Shown here: positions 1 through 9,112 of the stretch, in pieces
How positions within the stretch are numbered: the first letter of the stretch is position 1
Layout: every line of letters starts with the position of its first letter
Assembly: GCA_025355725.1 (NCBI GenBank)
Contig: JANXZC010000182.1
Coordinates: 33,885 to 97,884 of the forward strand
Length of the DNA stretch: 64,000 nucleotides
Reading direction: 5' to 3'
DNA from: Syntrophus sp. (in: bacteria)
GTDB taxonomy: Bacteria > Desulfobacterota > Syntrophia > Syntrophales > UBA8958
Translations under genes and position numbers: made by a program
The notes under the pieces: generated by a model
What the model was told of the DNA's origin: nothing
Seen by the model: the letters and a program-made list of their open reading frames with translations, nothing else
Databases searched by the model: none

Positions 1-1220
1 ACAAGGAAGGCCTTTGCGGTCCCTACCATCAAAGTGAAAGATTATCACTCTATCGGACCCATCTGGAAAGGCTGATCGCCGCTGAACTTGTCTATCCCTG
101 CTATTGCACGGACGAAGAGTTGGAGGCGGAACGACTGGCCCTTATTTCCCGAAAGATGATGCCTCGCTACATGGGAAAGTGCCGCAATCTGACTGCCGAA
201 GCCCGCAGCAGATTGGAGGCGGAAGGCCGGCCGGCTGCCTATCGTTTCCATGTGCCCCCGGGGGCGATTACCTTTCCTGATCTGATCAGGGGCCCCATGC
301 GTTTTGAGGGCAGCGCCCTCGGAGATTTCATTATTGTCCGTTCCAACGGCATTCCGGCCTACAATTTTGCCGTGGTTATCGATGATCATCTCATGAAAAT
401 CACCCATGTGATCCGGGGGGAAGATCATCTTTCCAACACCGCCCTGCAGCTTCTTCTCTATCAGGCCCTCGGCTTTGCACCCCCACAATTCGCCCACCAC
501 GCCCTGATCCTGGGGTGGGACCGATCGAAGCTCAGCAAGCGGCATGGATCTACAACGGTCCGGGAGTTTCGTGAGCAGGGGATACTTCCTCAGGCGTTAA
601 TCAACTATCTCGCCCTCTTAGGCGCCTCATTCGGAGAAGGCAAGGAGGTCTGTTCGATTGCTGAAATTGTCGGGAGCTTCTCCCTCGACCGGGCAGGTAA
701 AAGCGGCGCCATTTTCGATAAAGACAAGTTGTTCTGGCTCAACAGTCTGTATATCAGGAAGGAATCGCTGACAACGCTAACCGGTTATATGCAGCCCTTC
801 ATCAAGGAGGCCGGTTATGCCCACCTTGATGAGGCTCATCTCCACCGGATTCTGGATGCCGTCCGGGATAATATCACCAGTCTGGCGGAAATCGGAACTT
901 ATCTGCGAATTTTTGACGACAGCGCCTATGAACTCTCTGCCGGGGCGCTACAGATTCTTGCCGACGACGAAACAAGGAAGGTTGTTTTGAGCCTCCTTGA
1001 TCTCCTCAATAACACTGACGCGGAAGGCGATGAGCTTTATGGAACCCTGATGCCTCTTCTGCCCGGGAAAACGGGCTTGCGGGGCAAGAAGCTCTTCATG
1101 CCCCTGCGCGCCGCTATCACCGGCCAGACAAAAGGGCCTGAGTTGGACCGATTCTTCTCAATCCTGGGCAAATCCTCCCTGCAATACCGCCTCCAAAAGG
1201 CCATTGCCGCCACAACCTGA
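1..1220 (+). CDS. gltX: Glutamate--tRNA ligase, 5' end cut by window edge
   Basis: The frame stays open back to the window edge (codons from nt 3 read KEGLCGPYHQSERLSLY...YPCYCTDEELE). The tracked ORF continues with NFAVVIDDHLMKITHVIRGEDHLSNT and KLSKRHG, which are class-I GluRS core motifs. Confidence 0.9.
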   Translation, partial: KEGLCGPYHQSERLSLYRTHLERLIAAELVYPCYCTDEELEAERLALISRKMMPRYMGKCRNLTAEARSRLEAEGRPAAYRFHVPPGAITFPDLIRGPMRFEGSALGDFIIVRSNGIPAYNFAVVIDDHLMKITHVIRGEDHLSNTALQLLLYQALGFAPPQFAHHALILGWDRSKLSKRHGSTTVREFREQGILPQALINYLALLGASFGEGKEVCSIAEIVGSFSLDRAGKSGAIFDKDKLFWLNSLYIRKESLTTLTGYMQPFIKEAGYAHLDEAHLHRILDAVRDNITSLAEIGTYLRIFDDSAYELSAGALQILADDETRKVVLSLLDLLNNTDAEGDELYGTLMPLLPGKTGLRGKKLFMPLRAAITGQTKGPELDRFFSILGKSSLQYRLQKAIAATT

Positions 1221-1273
1221 AACAACATCCATCTACTTGGCAGTGGTTGTATGTCCGGGTCAGTTACGGGGCT

Positions 1274-1951
1274 CTAAGCAAGTTTGCCGTCGATTAGCAG
1301 CTTCCGCTGGATTTCAAGAATTTTTCTCATCAGATGCCGTTCATAATCCCGACTGTTGCCTATGAATGCTGCCCCCACATAGTGCAGATCCGGATCATGA
1401 GCAATAGGCGCCGTCACCCTCAACACCTTTATCGGCAGCTCTAAAAAATACTCGTCGATAATCAGAGCAATTTTAAACTCCTCATGCATTTCCGGCAAAT
1501 CATCGCCCCGATAGCTAAACTGGAAACCACCTACAGAGAGGTCGATGATATTGAGCCTTCGCCCTTTCCACTCGATAGTGAGATTGCTATCGGCGGGGGG
1601 GCGAACCCGAAAATCAAGCCTCAGGTTGTAGGTGTCCAACCTGGTCTGCTGTTCAAGACCCACGGCCACGACCTCTGAGGAAGACAGCTTGTAGTCGGTG
1701 ATGAAATCAGTTACCTTGGCTTGTACTCCGTAACGAACAGGTTGCCCATCTTTTCTTATTAGAAAGGTGAGGGATATTTCCCGGTTCAAGTTATGCTTGG
1801 TCAGGGGGGGGGAGGCTTGGGCAATGATGATCCGGCGGTCGATTACATCATAGATCAGGGATTTCATATGCCTGCTCCGATCAACGATATCGACGGATAT
1901 CCCCGGCCTGATCGGTGTCTTGCTTTGTTCCATAGAATATTCGCGCTCCAA
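1274..1951 (-). CDS. PilZ domain protein (YcgR-like, putative c-di-GMP receptor)
   Basis: The C-terminal half carries RLDFR (RxxxR) followed by IIDLSVGGFQF (DxSxxG), the PilZ signature. The start could be M1 or M7. Confidence 0.75.
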   Translation of the reverse strand: MEREYSMEQSKTPIRPGISVDIVDRSRHMKSLIYDVIDRRIIIAQASPPLTKHNLNREISLTFLIRKDGQPVRYGVQAKVTDFITDYKLSSSEVVAVGLEQQTRLDTYNLRLDFRVRPPADSNLTIEWKGRRLNIIDLSVGGFQFSYRGDDLPEMHEEFKIALIIDEYFLELPIKVLRVTAPIAHDPDLHYVGAAFIGNSRDYERHLMRKILEIQRKLLIDGKLA

Positions 1952-2137
1952 TTATCCCGAAAGTTTCTATCGCCTGCTTGTGCAGGTGGCATGTGGGAGA
2001 TGAAAAGAAATCTTAACCATGATTCCCCCGCCGCAAATATAGAGACAAGCGATGCCACCCGTCAAGGGAAAGTTTTCTTATAATCAATCCTTTTGACTCA
2101 TTTTCCGTAATCGGAAACGGTTGTGGGTGGATATATG

Positions 2138-2263
2138 ATTCCAATTCCAAACCAAAGATGAAATCAAGGCGGCAAGGCAGCGGCGACGGAGGCGTATTGT
2201 TCATACGTCGAGGAGCCGATGACGATGCCAACGAAGATAGCGCTTTGATTAAGGATTGGAATA
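2138..2263 (-). repeat. Copy 1 of the ~125-bp palindromic intergenic element
   Basis: Aligns by eye over its whole length with 6643-6767, 30218-30341 and 33757-33881. Terminal arms are attccaattccaaaccaaag / ctttgattaaggattggaat. It lies between the divergent PilZ and ABC-F genes. Confidence 0.85.
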
Positions 2264-2323
2264 ACTTGTCAGGGGCCGCTAATCATTGTATATGAACAAC
2301 CATTTTACTGGGAGCAACAGCAC

Positions 2324-4336
2324 TTGATCTATCTGAAAAATATCAGTCTGGCATTTGGCGACCGTACCCTGTTTGAGAACTGGACCTGGCCAATCACGGC
2401 TAGGAGCCGGATTGGCCTGGTGGGAGACAACGGCGCCGGGAAGACTACCCTATTGAAGGCAATCCTCGGCATGGTGGAGTTGGACGGGGGTACGATCGAT
2501 ATCCTGGACCGGAAAAACAGGACCATCGCCTATCTTCCCCAGGATCTCGTGGAAATCGAGCCTGTTCCCCTCATGGAATATCTGAAAAACCGTTGCGGCC
2601 TGACCGCTTTGGAAACCGGGATGCGCAATTGCGAGAAACAGGTGGCCGCGCTGCCGGCCCATCCCCCGGAAGGTGAAGGAGAAGAGGAAGGGTTATCCGA
2701 GAACGGAGCAAGACGCGAAAAGATCCTCCGGGAATATGACCGGATGGTCGCCCTCTATCAGGCCAAAGAAGGCTATGCCTTCGAGGCGAGGGCCAAACAG
2801 GTTCTCAAGGGGTTCGGATTCGGGGAGCAGGATTTTCTCAAGCAGTGCGACGAGTTTTCCGGAGGTTGGAAGATGCGCATCCTCCTGGCCGTCATCCTCC
2901 TGTCCCAGCCCGACATCATGCTCCTCGATGAACCAACGAATCACCTCGATACGGAAAGCATGGAGTGGCTGGAAAGCTATTTAAAAGACTATCCGGGGAT
3001 GCTGATTACCGTTGCCCACGATCGCTTCTTCCTGGACAAGATGGCGACAACCATAGCGGAAATCTCCCAGGGTCGTTTGGCTCTGTACAAGGGCAACTAC
3101 TCCTATTATCTCGTGGAGAAGGAAAAACGCCTGGCGGCCCTGGAAAAAGAACGGCTCCTCCAGCAGGGGGAGATCAAAAAAACCGAGGAATTCATCGAAC
3201 GGTTTCGCTTCAAGGCCACCAAAGCCAAACAGGTTCAGAGCCGGATCCGGATGCTCGAAAAATTTGCCCCCCTCCAGGCCGAAGGACATGGTAAAACGGT
3301 CAAGATCCGTTTCCCCGCCGGGCCGAAAAGCGGGAAAGAGATTCTCTTTGTCAGTAAACTTGCCAAATCTTACGGAACCCAGGAGATTTTCAGGGAGGTC
3401 AGCTTCTCCCTCCAGCGGGGAGAGCGGGTAGCACTGGTCGGTGTCAACGGATCGGGTAAATCGACGCTGTCACGGATTCTTGGCCAGGTGGAGGCGCCTT
3501 CGGCAGGGGAAATCCGCTCCGGTCTCAATGTGCACATGGCCTTTTTTTCCCAGGAAAGCGCGGAAAATCTTCGTTATGAACGGACGGTCTGGGAAGAAAC
3601 GATGGAGGTTGCCTCCCGGAGCAATGACCGGGAAAGACGGAACCTTCTCGGGGCCTTTCTTTTTTCCGGCGATGACATCCACAAGCCCGTCTCCGTCCTC
3701 TCGGGAGGGGAAAAGTCGCGGCTGGCCCTGCTGAAGATCCTGCTCCAGGAGACAAACCTCCTGATCCTCGACGAACCCACCAATCACCTGGATTTCAAAA
3801 CCAAGGATATCTTCCAGAATGCCTTGCTGTCCTACCAGGGAACCGTCGTCCTCGTATCCCATGACCGTTATTTCCTTGACCACTTAGTCAATCGCGTCTT
3901 TGAACTTAGGGACGGCGAATGTATCGAATATCCGGGCAATTATTCCTATTTTATCGAGAAGCGGCAATCATTGGCGGAGGAGAGAAGGGCCGCAGCAGTG
4001 CAGAACGGAAGCCCACCGGATACCCCGACGGCGGAGGGGAAAAGCGCCTATAAGACCAGGGAAGAAAAGCGCCGGGAGGCGGAAGAGCGCCAGCGCCTGG
4101 CCAGGATCAATCAGGGACTGAAAAAAGAGCTTCACGCCATAGAAAAGGGCATCGCCGCCCTGGAAGGCAGGAAGGCAGCGGGCGAATCGTTTCTCTGCGA
4201 TCCCCTCAGCCACCGGGAACCGGAGAGAATCAAGCAAACCCACCGGGACCTCAAAGATCTGGAGAAAGAAATCGAACAGTCGTACGACCGTTGGCATGAG
4301 CTGACGATGGCCATGGAAGATAATATATTATCTTGA
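2324..4336 (+). CDS. ABC-F family ATPase (two ABC cassettes, no TM domain; Uup/EttA/YheS-like)
   Basis: Two Walker A sites (GDNGAGKTT, GVNGSGKST), two LSGGxK signatures and two LLLDEPTNHLD Walker B motifs. There is a charged linker and a coiled-coil C-terminus. The start is TTG. Confidence 0.85.
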   Translation: MIYLKNISLAFGDRTLFENWTWPITARSRIGLVGDNGAGKTTLLKAILGMVELDGGTIDILDRKNRTIAYLPQDLVEIEPVPLMEYLKNRCGLTALETGMRNCEKQVAALPAHPPEGEGEEEGLSENGARREKILREYDRMVALYQAKEGYAFEARAKQVLKGFGFGEQDFLKQCDEFSGGWKMRILLAVILLSQPDIMLLDEPTNHLDTESMEWLESYLKDYPGMLITVAHDRFFLDKMATTIAEISQGRLALYKGNYSYYLVEKEKRLAALEKERLLQQGEIKKTEEFIERFRFKATKAKQVQSRIRMLEKFAPLQAEGHGKTVKIRFPAGPKSGKEILFVSKLAKSYGTQEIFREVSFSLQRGERVALVGVNGSGKSTLSRILGQVEAPSAGEIRSGLNVHMAFFSQESAENLRYERTVWEETMEVASRSNDRERRNLLGAFLFSGDDIHKPVSVLSGGEKSRLALLKILLQETNLLILDEPTNHLDFKTKDIFQNALLSYQGTVVLVSHDRYFLDHLVNRVFELRDGECIEYPGNYSYFIEKRQSLAEERRAAAVQNGSPPDTPTAEGKSAYKTREEKRREAEERQRLARINQGLKKELHAIEKGIAALEGRKAAGESFLCDPLSHREPERIKQTHRDLKDLEKEIEQSYDRWHELTMAMEDNILS

Positions 4337-4381
4337 CATCAATCTGATTTTGTATTTTGCTCGGGTCAAGAGGAGGAAATC

Positions 4382-5200
4382 ATGCCGGATCATGGTGAGG
4401 ACCGCGAAAATCTGAATATTTCCATACCTCGGCCGCTGGCCGGAGATCTTCTTCACGTTGCCCGGCAATCAGGCCACTCCGTTTCCCACCTCACCGAAAA
4501 AGCCCTGGCTCAGTACCTGAAAGATGAACGGGGCACAAATTCGGTCTATCTCTCCGCGCCGGTCAATGCCATGCTGAAAGGTTTTTACGAAGAAAACACT
4601 ACCCTTGGGGATCTGAGGACGCATGGTGATTTTGGCTTGGGCACCTTCAATAACCTGGACGGGGAAATGGTTATGCTCGACGGCGTCATCTATCAATTGC
4701 ACGCTGACGGAAAAACCTATCCCGTGGCTGATCATGTGCAGACCCCCTTTGCCTGTGTGACCTTCTATAGACCCTCCATTGTGGAAGAAATAGAGGGGAG
4801 TCTCGATTTCAACGCCTTCAATGCCATTCTAAATCGCCTGCTGCCCTCAGATAACATGCTCTATGCGATTCGTGTCGACGGCCTATTCAAACAAGTGAAG
4901 GTCTGGTCCGTCTCCAGGCAGGATAATTATCAACCCCTTGTCGAAGATGAAAAAAACCGTCCCGTATTTGAATACGAGAATATCAACGGCGTTTTGGCCG
5001 GTTTTTATACACCAAAATTTATTCGCGCCCTTAATTTCCCCGGATTTCATCTGCATTTTCTCACGGAAGATCGCAAGTACGGCGGTCATCTCTACGAATG
5101 TCAGACCGATAGCGTGCAAATCGGTATACAGTTCATCCACCGGCTCAAACTAGATCTTCCCATAACCATTGATTATCTAACGGCAAACTTGCCGCGGTAA
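4382..5200 (+). CDS. budA: Alpha-acetolactate decarboxylase with ~50-aa N-terminal ribbon-helix-helix-like extension
   Basis: GDFGLGTFNNLDGEMVMLDG...YQL and GFYTP...LNFPGFHLHFLTEDRKYGGH match ALDC family blocks. The RBS gaggagg lies 5 nt upstream. Confidence 0.8.
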   Translation: MPDHGEDRENLNISIPRPLAGDLLHVARQSGHSVSHLTEKALAQYLKDERGTNSVYLSAPVNAMLKGFYEENTTLGDLRTHGDFGLGTFNNLDGEMVMLDGVIYQLHADGKTYPVADHVQTPFACVTFYRPSIVEEIEGSLDFNAFNAILNRLLPSDNMLYAIRVDGLFKQVKVWSVSRQDNYQPLVEDEKNRPVFEYENINGVLAGFYTPKFIRALNFPGFHLHFLTEDRKYGGHLYECQTDSVQIGIQFIHRLKLDLPITIDYLTANLPR

Positions 5201-5224
5201 GTCCTTTATTCACAGGTGCCAACA

Positions 5225-6631
5225 ATGATTCGTCGCACGAAGATAATTGCCACCATCGGCCCGGCAAGCGCGGCCCCCGAGGTACTGGAAGCCCTGGTAG
5301 CTGCCGGAATGGATGTGGCCCGCCTGAACTTTTCCCACGGTTCTCACGGGGAGCACAAAACCCTTATCCGCCGGATTCGTGCCGCTGCCCGTCGGCAGGG
5401 ACGGACGGTGGCCATTCTCCAGGATCTGGCAGGGCCAAAGATTCGTATCGGCCCGGTTCCCGAACCGGGAATCCGCCTGGAGTCAGGTCGTTTGTTCATC
5501 CTTACCGCCCGTTCCGCTGTCCGGGGCGGCGAAGAGGTCTCCGTTACCTATCCCGAATTGGCCCGGGAGGTACATAAAGGGGACCGAATCATGTTAGCGG
5601 ATGGGCTAATGGAACTGGTTGTGGAAGAAACGGATGGCACGGATATTACCTGCACCGTCATTACCGGCGGCCTCCTCACCTCTCACAAAGGGATCAACCT
5701 CCCCACGGGGACGATCCGTGCGCCTGCCTTTACGGCTAAGGACCGCGTGGATCTTCTTTTTGGCCTGGAAGCCGGGGTGGATTATGTGGCCCTGTCCTTC
5801 GTGAAAAGTGCCGAGGAGATAAGAGGGGTCCGGGAATTGATTACGGAACGGGGCAAACAAACGCCGATTATCGCCAAGATCGAGCGGCACGAGGCGCTGG
5901 AGAACATTGAGGAGATCGTCGCCGCTGCCGACGGAATCATGGTGGCCCGGGGGGACCTGGGCGTTGAGATCCCCCTCGAAGAAGTCCCCCTGGTTCAGAA
6001 ACGCTTAATCCATATGGCCAATACCGCCGGAAAACCGGTCATCACGGCGACACAGATGTTACGATCGATGGTGGACTCACCTCGTCCTACCCGGGCCGAG
6101 GTGACGGATGTGGTAAATGCAATCCTCGACGGCGCTGATGCGATCATGCTCTCCGAAGAGACAGCCTCGGGGCGGTACCCCTTAGCGGCAGTCCAGTTCA
6201 TGAACCGACTGTCCCTCGTGGCTGAGGGGAACTTTCCCCACAATGACTATCTCAAAAAGACGCCCCGGCGGGATGTTCCCGATTCGGTGGCCCATGCCTC
6301 CTGCATCCTCGCCGATCACCTGGATGCCCGGGCCATTGTCGCCCATACGCAGTCGGGGCTGACCGCTCTGAACATATCCCGTTTCCGTCCCAAGCAGCCC
6401 ATCGTGGCCCTCACCCCCAATGAGGGAACCCTCCGCCGTCTGGCCTTGGTCTGGGGTTGCCTCCCCATGAGGATCAGGGCGGCTAGGGGGACAGACGACT
6501 TGATCGAGCGGGCCGCCCTGGCCGCCTTGGATAGTGGGGCCGTCGCCCCCGGAGACCTGGTGGTCATGACGGTAGGGCACCCCGTCACCGGCGCGGGAAC
6601 GACGAACATGCTCCGGGTAAAAAAATTATAA
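5225..6631 (+). CDS. pyk: Pyruvate kinase
   Basis: RRTKIIATIGPAS, NFSHG, the MVARGDLGVEIP block and the C-terminal allosteric domain are present. I prefer ATG at 5225 to the tracked GTG at 5216. Confidence 0.95.
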   Translation: MIRRTKIIATIGPASAAPEVLEALVAAGMDVARLNFSHGSHGEHKTLIRRIRAAARRQGRTVAILQDLAGPKIRIGPVPEPGIRLESGRLFILTARSAVRGGEEVSVTYPELAREVHKGDRIMLADGLMELVVEETDGTDITCTVITGGLLTSHKGINLPTGTIRAPAFTAKDRVDLLFGLEAGVDYVALSFVKSAEEIRGVRELITERGKQTPIIAKIERHEALENIEEIVAAADGIMVARGDLGVEIPLEEVPLVQKRLIHMANTAGKPVITATQMLRSMVDSPRPTRAEVTDVVNAILDGADAIMLSEETASGRYPLAAVQFMNRLSLVAEGNFPHNDYLKKTPRRDVPDSVAHASCILADHLDARAIVAHTQSGLTALNISRFRPKQPIVALTPNEGTLRRLALVWGCLPMRIRAARGTDDLIERAALAALDSGAVAPGDLVVMTVGHPVTGAGTTNMLRVKKL

Positions 6632-6642
6632 CGGGGTCACTT

Positions 6643-6767
6643 ATTCCGCTTCTAGATCAAAGATGATATCAAGACGGCAAGGAAGAGGCGACGCAGGCGT
6701 ATTGTTGATACGTCGAGGAGCCGATGATGATGCCAACGAAGATAGCGCTTTGATTCAGTAGAGGAAT
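6643..6767 (-). repeat. Copy 2 of the ~125-bp palindromic intergenic element
   Basis: The core is near-identical to the other copies. On the minus strand it reads TAA|TTCCTCTACTGAATCAAAG, directly continuing from the rubrerythrin-like stop codon (6767-6769). It lies 12 nt after the pyk stop on the plus strand. Confidence 0.85.
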
Positions 6768-7285
6768 TATGCCCCGTCGAGACCCGACCTTTCCGCCTTC
6801 CGATACCAGGAGGCCGGATCCTTCATGTATTCTTCAGTATCTTTGAGGGAAACGTAATGTTCATGTTCAATGTTGGCCAATAGCTCAAAAAAAGCCTTTT
6901 CCTTGGGATCTGTAACGTTGTCACGGAGCCGGGCATAATAGGTCGCCCCCTGACCCTCGAAATCAATTGCCTCCTCCAGGGCCTTCAGGTCATCGGCGTC
7001 CCCCGCCGGGGCGTTGGCCACCTTCTTAATGACATCCTTCAGGACATCTTTAACAATGGTTTCTTTGACCTTCAGGGGGACCGTATCGGGCCACTTCTTG
7101 TCTTTGGCCCAGTTTTCGTGAAGCTGTTTGAGCCGTTCGTAATGTTCCAGTTCATCTGCGGCGATCTGCTGGAACATGGCCTTGCCGACGGGATTTTTTG
7201 TCCGCTCCGCGTTCTTCAGGTAAAACTCATGCTCTCTCATTTCATTATTCAGGGCAACATCCAGGGCGTTCAAACGATCTTTCAT
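6767..7285 (-). CDS. Rubrerythrin/ferritin-like di-iron protein (no rubredoxin domain)
   Basis: Two E...ExxH pairs (EMREHE...ADELEHY and EGQGATYY...NIEHEHY) are typical of four-helix di-iron carboxylate proteins. Confidence 0.7.
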   Translation of the reverse strand: MKDRLNALDVALNNEMREHEFYLKNAERTKNPVGKAMFQQIAADELEHYERLKQLHENWAKDKKWPDTVPLKVKETIVKDVLKDVIKKVANAPAGDADDLKALEEAIDFEGQGATYYARLRDNVTDPKEKAFFELLANIEHEHYVSLKDTEEYMKDPASWYRKAERSGLDGA

Positions 7286-7364
7286 TGTTATCTCCTTTCA
7301 TTGGACATTCAAGGTCGCTTAATGGGTCTCTCTCACTAAAAGTAGCATCTTTCCCCTGAACAGG

Positions 7365-8981
7365 TCAAGTAGCTTCATTTCCCCGCAGATCTTCGACATG
7401 TTCGGCGATATTTTGGCAATGGTCGGAGATCCGCTCCAGATGGATGAGCATTTCGATGAAAATCGGCCCGGCCTCGGCGGGACAGAGGCGTTTATGAAAC
7501 CGTACCAGATGTTTTTCCCGGGCCTCCTTGACGGCGTTGTCAATATCGTTTTCCCGGCGGTACACCTCCGCCGTTTTGTCCCCATCATGCTTCCCGATCA
7601 ATGATCCCGCGTCGGCGATATTGGCGGCAACCTGCTTTTCAATATCCCCCAACTCCTCCTCGGCAGCACGGGTGAACTCGATTTCCCGGTAATGTTTTTC
7701 CCGGGCAAGATCAACGAAACTGACGATATGGTTACCCATCCGTTCGATATCGTCCGCCATGGCCGTGTAGGCAAAGAGTTCCTGGGAAAGGGGCTCCGAC
7801 AGTTCGTTGCATGATACTTTCCGCAGATATTCAACAATTTCCTGCCGGAGATGATTGGCAACCATCTCTATATAAAGGACATCTCTTCTCCGGCCTTCGT
7901 GGTAAGCCCGTAAGAGGGGGGCGGCCAGGGCGAACATCTTTTCCGCCAGCAGGATCTCTCGGGCCAATTCCTTCTCGACGGTTCCCAGGGCCGCCGCCGG
8001 TTCTGCGAGGACTTCTTCTCTCAAGAACTCCGGCCAGAGGGGCAGCACCTCTTCTGTGCCGGGAATGAGTCTTTCCAGAAGACGGGCAATATTGCGGATA
8101 AAGGGGAAAAACAGGATCACGATGATAAGATTAAAGAGAAAATGTCCCAGGGCAATCTGCTGTGCCACATTAGGTGAGAGGTTTCTGAGCACGTCCAGCA
8201 TAACAGGCAGAGCGGCCATGCAGATCAATGCTCCCGCCGCCTTGAAAAATAAATGGGAGACGGCGGCTCGCTTCCCGCCGATGCCGGATACCATGCCGGC
8301 CATGAGGGCCGTGACAGTGGTCCCGACGTTGGCCCCGATCACCATGGGCAGGGCGTTGTCGAGGCTGATCAGATCCTGCTGGGCGAGGATGGCGAGAATG
8401 CTGATTGGTATGGCCGAGGCATGCACGAGGGCGGTAAAGAGGGCAGACAGGGCAAACCCCGTCAGAGGATGCTGGGTGTCACGGAAAAACCCCACGATTT
8501 CCGGATGATTCTTCAAGGGCAGTGTCGCCGTGCCCACCAGGTTCAAGCCAAAAAAAAGGAGACCGAAATAGAAGATCGATTCACCTATTCCCTGCCACTT
8601 TTCTCTTCCTGTAAACCAGAGAATCCCGCCCATGATGATAAACAGGGGCGAGGCGTCGGTGATCTTCCAGACGACAAGTTGGACAATAACCGTCGTCCCT
8701 AGATCAGCGCCGAGGACAATAGCCAAAGAGTGGTAAAAGCTGATCAGCCCGGCGCTGACCATCCCCACGGCGATGACGGTAGTAGCAGAGCTGCTCTGAA
8801 AAAGGACCGTCGCCGCCGCCCCCGTGAGGAGTCCGAAAAAGGGGCGCTGGACGGCGTACTTGATATAATCCCGGATACGGGCGGTAAAAAGAATCTGTAT
8901 CCCGGCGCTGAGCTTCATCATGCCGAAGAGGAACAGGGTTATCCCGGCGCAGAGGAGCAAAAAAGCTTTAATCATGGCCAC
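7365..8981 (-). CDS. Na+/phosphate cotransporter family protein with C-terminal PhoU-like domain
   Basis: The N-terminal ~330 aa are polytopic with duplicated GADLGTTV / GANVGTTVTA motifs (NptA/YjbB type). The C-terminal ~200 aa are helical and PhoU-like. Confidence 0.85.
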   Translation of the reverse strand: MAMIKAFLLLCAGITLFLFGMMKLSAGIQILFTARIRDYIKYAVQRPFFGLLTGAAATVLFQSSSATTVIAVGMVSAGLISFYHSLAIVLGADLGTTVIVQLVVWKITDASPLFIIMGGILWFTGREKWQGIGESIFYFGLLFFGLNLVGTATLPLKNHPEIVGFFRDTQHPLTGFALSALFTALVHASAIPISILAILAQQDLISLDNALPMVIGANVGTTVTALMAGMVSGIGGKRAAVSHLFFKAAGALICMAALPVMLDVLRNLSPNVAQQIALGHFLFNLIIVILFFPFIRNIARLLERLIPGTEEVLPLWPEFLREEVLAEPAAALGTVEKELAREILLAEKMFALAAPLLRAYHEGRRRDVLYIEMVANHLRQEIVEYLRKVSCNELSEPLSQELFAYTAMADDIERMGNHIVSFVDLAREKHYREIEFTRAAEEELGDIEKQVAANIADAGSLIGKHDGDKTAEVYRRENDIDNAVKEAREKHLVRFHKRLCPAEAGPIFIEMLIHLERISDHCQNIAEHVEDLRGNEAT

Positions 8982-9112
8982 ATGTGCTCACAATATTGTT
9001 TAAGACATAAACAAGCCTTCATCGGCTTATCTCAATGGCGACGCCATTTTTTCGGTAATTATGGGAATGTGCATCTGTTGAGTAGATAACATCGGTTTTG
9101 TGGTTTTACCAA

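Noticed and set aside
2013-2231. 72-aa minus-strand ORF (and the 74-aa ORF at 30231-30455) lying inside copies of the 125-bp element
   Set aside because: These reading frames are not conserved between the four element copies, because central indels shift the frame. They are by-products of the repeat.
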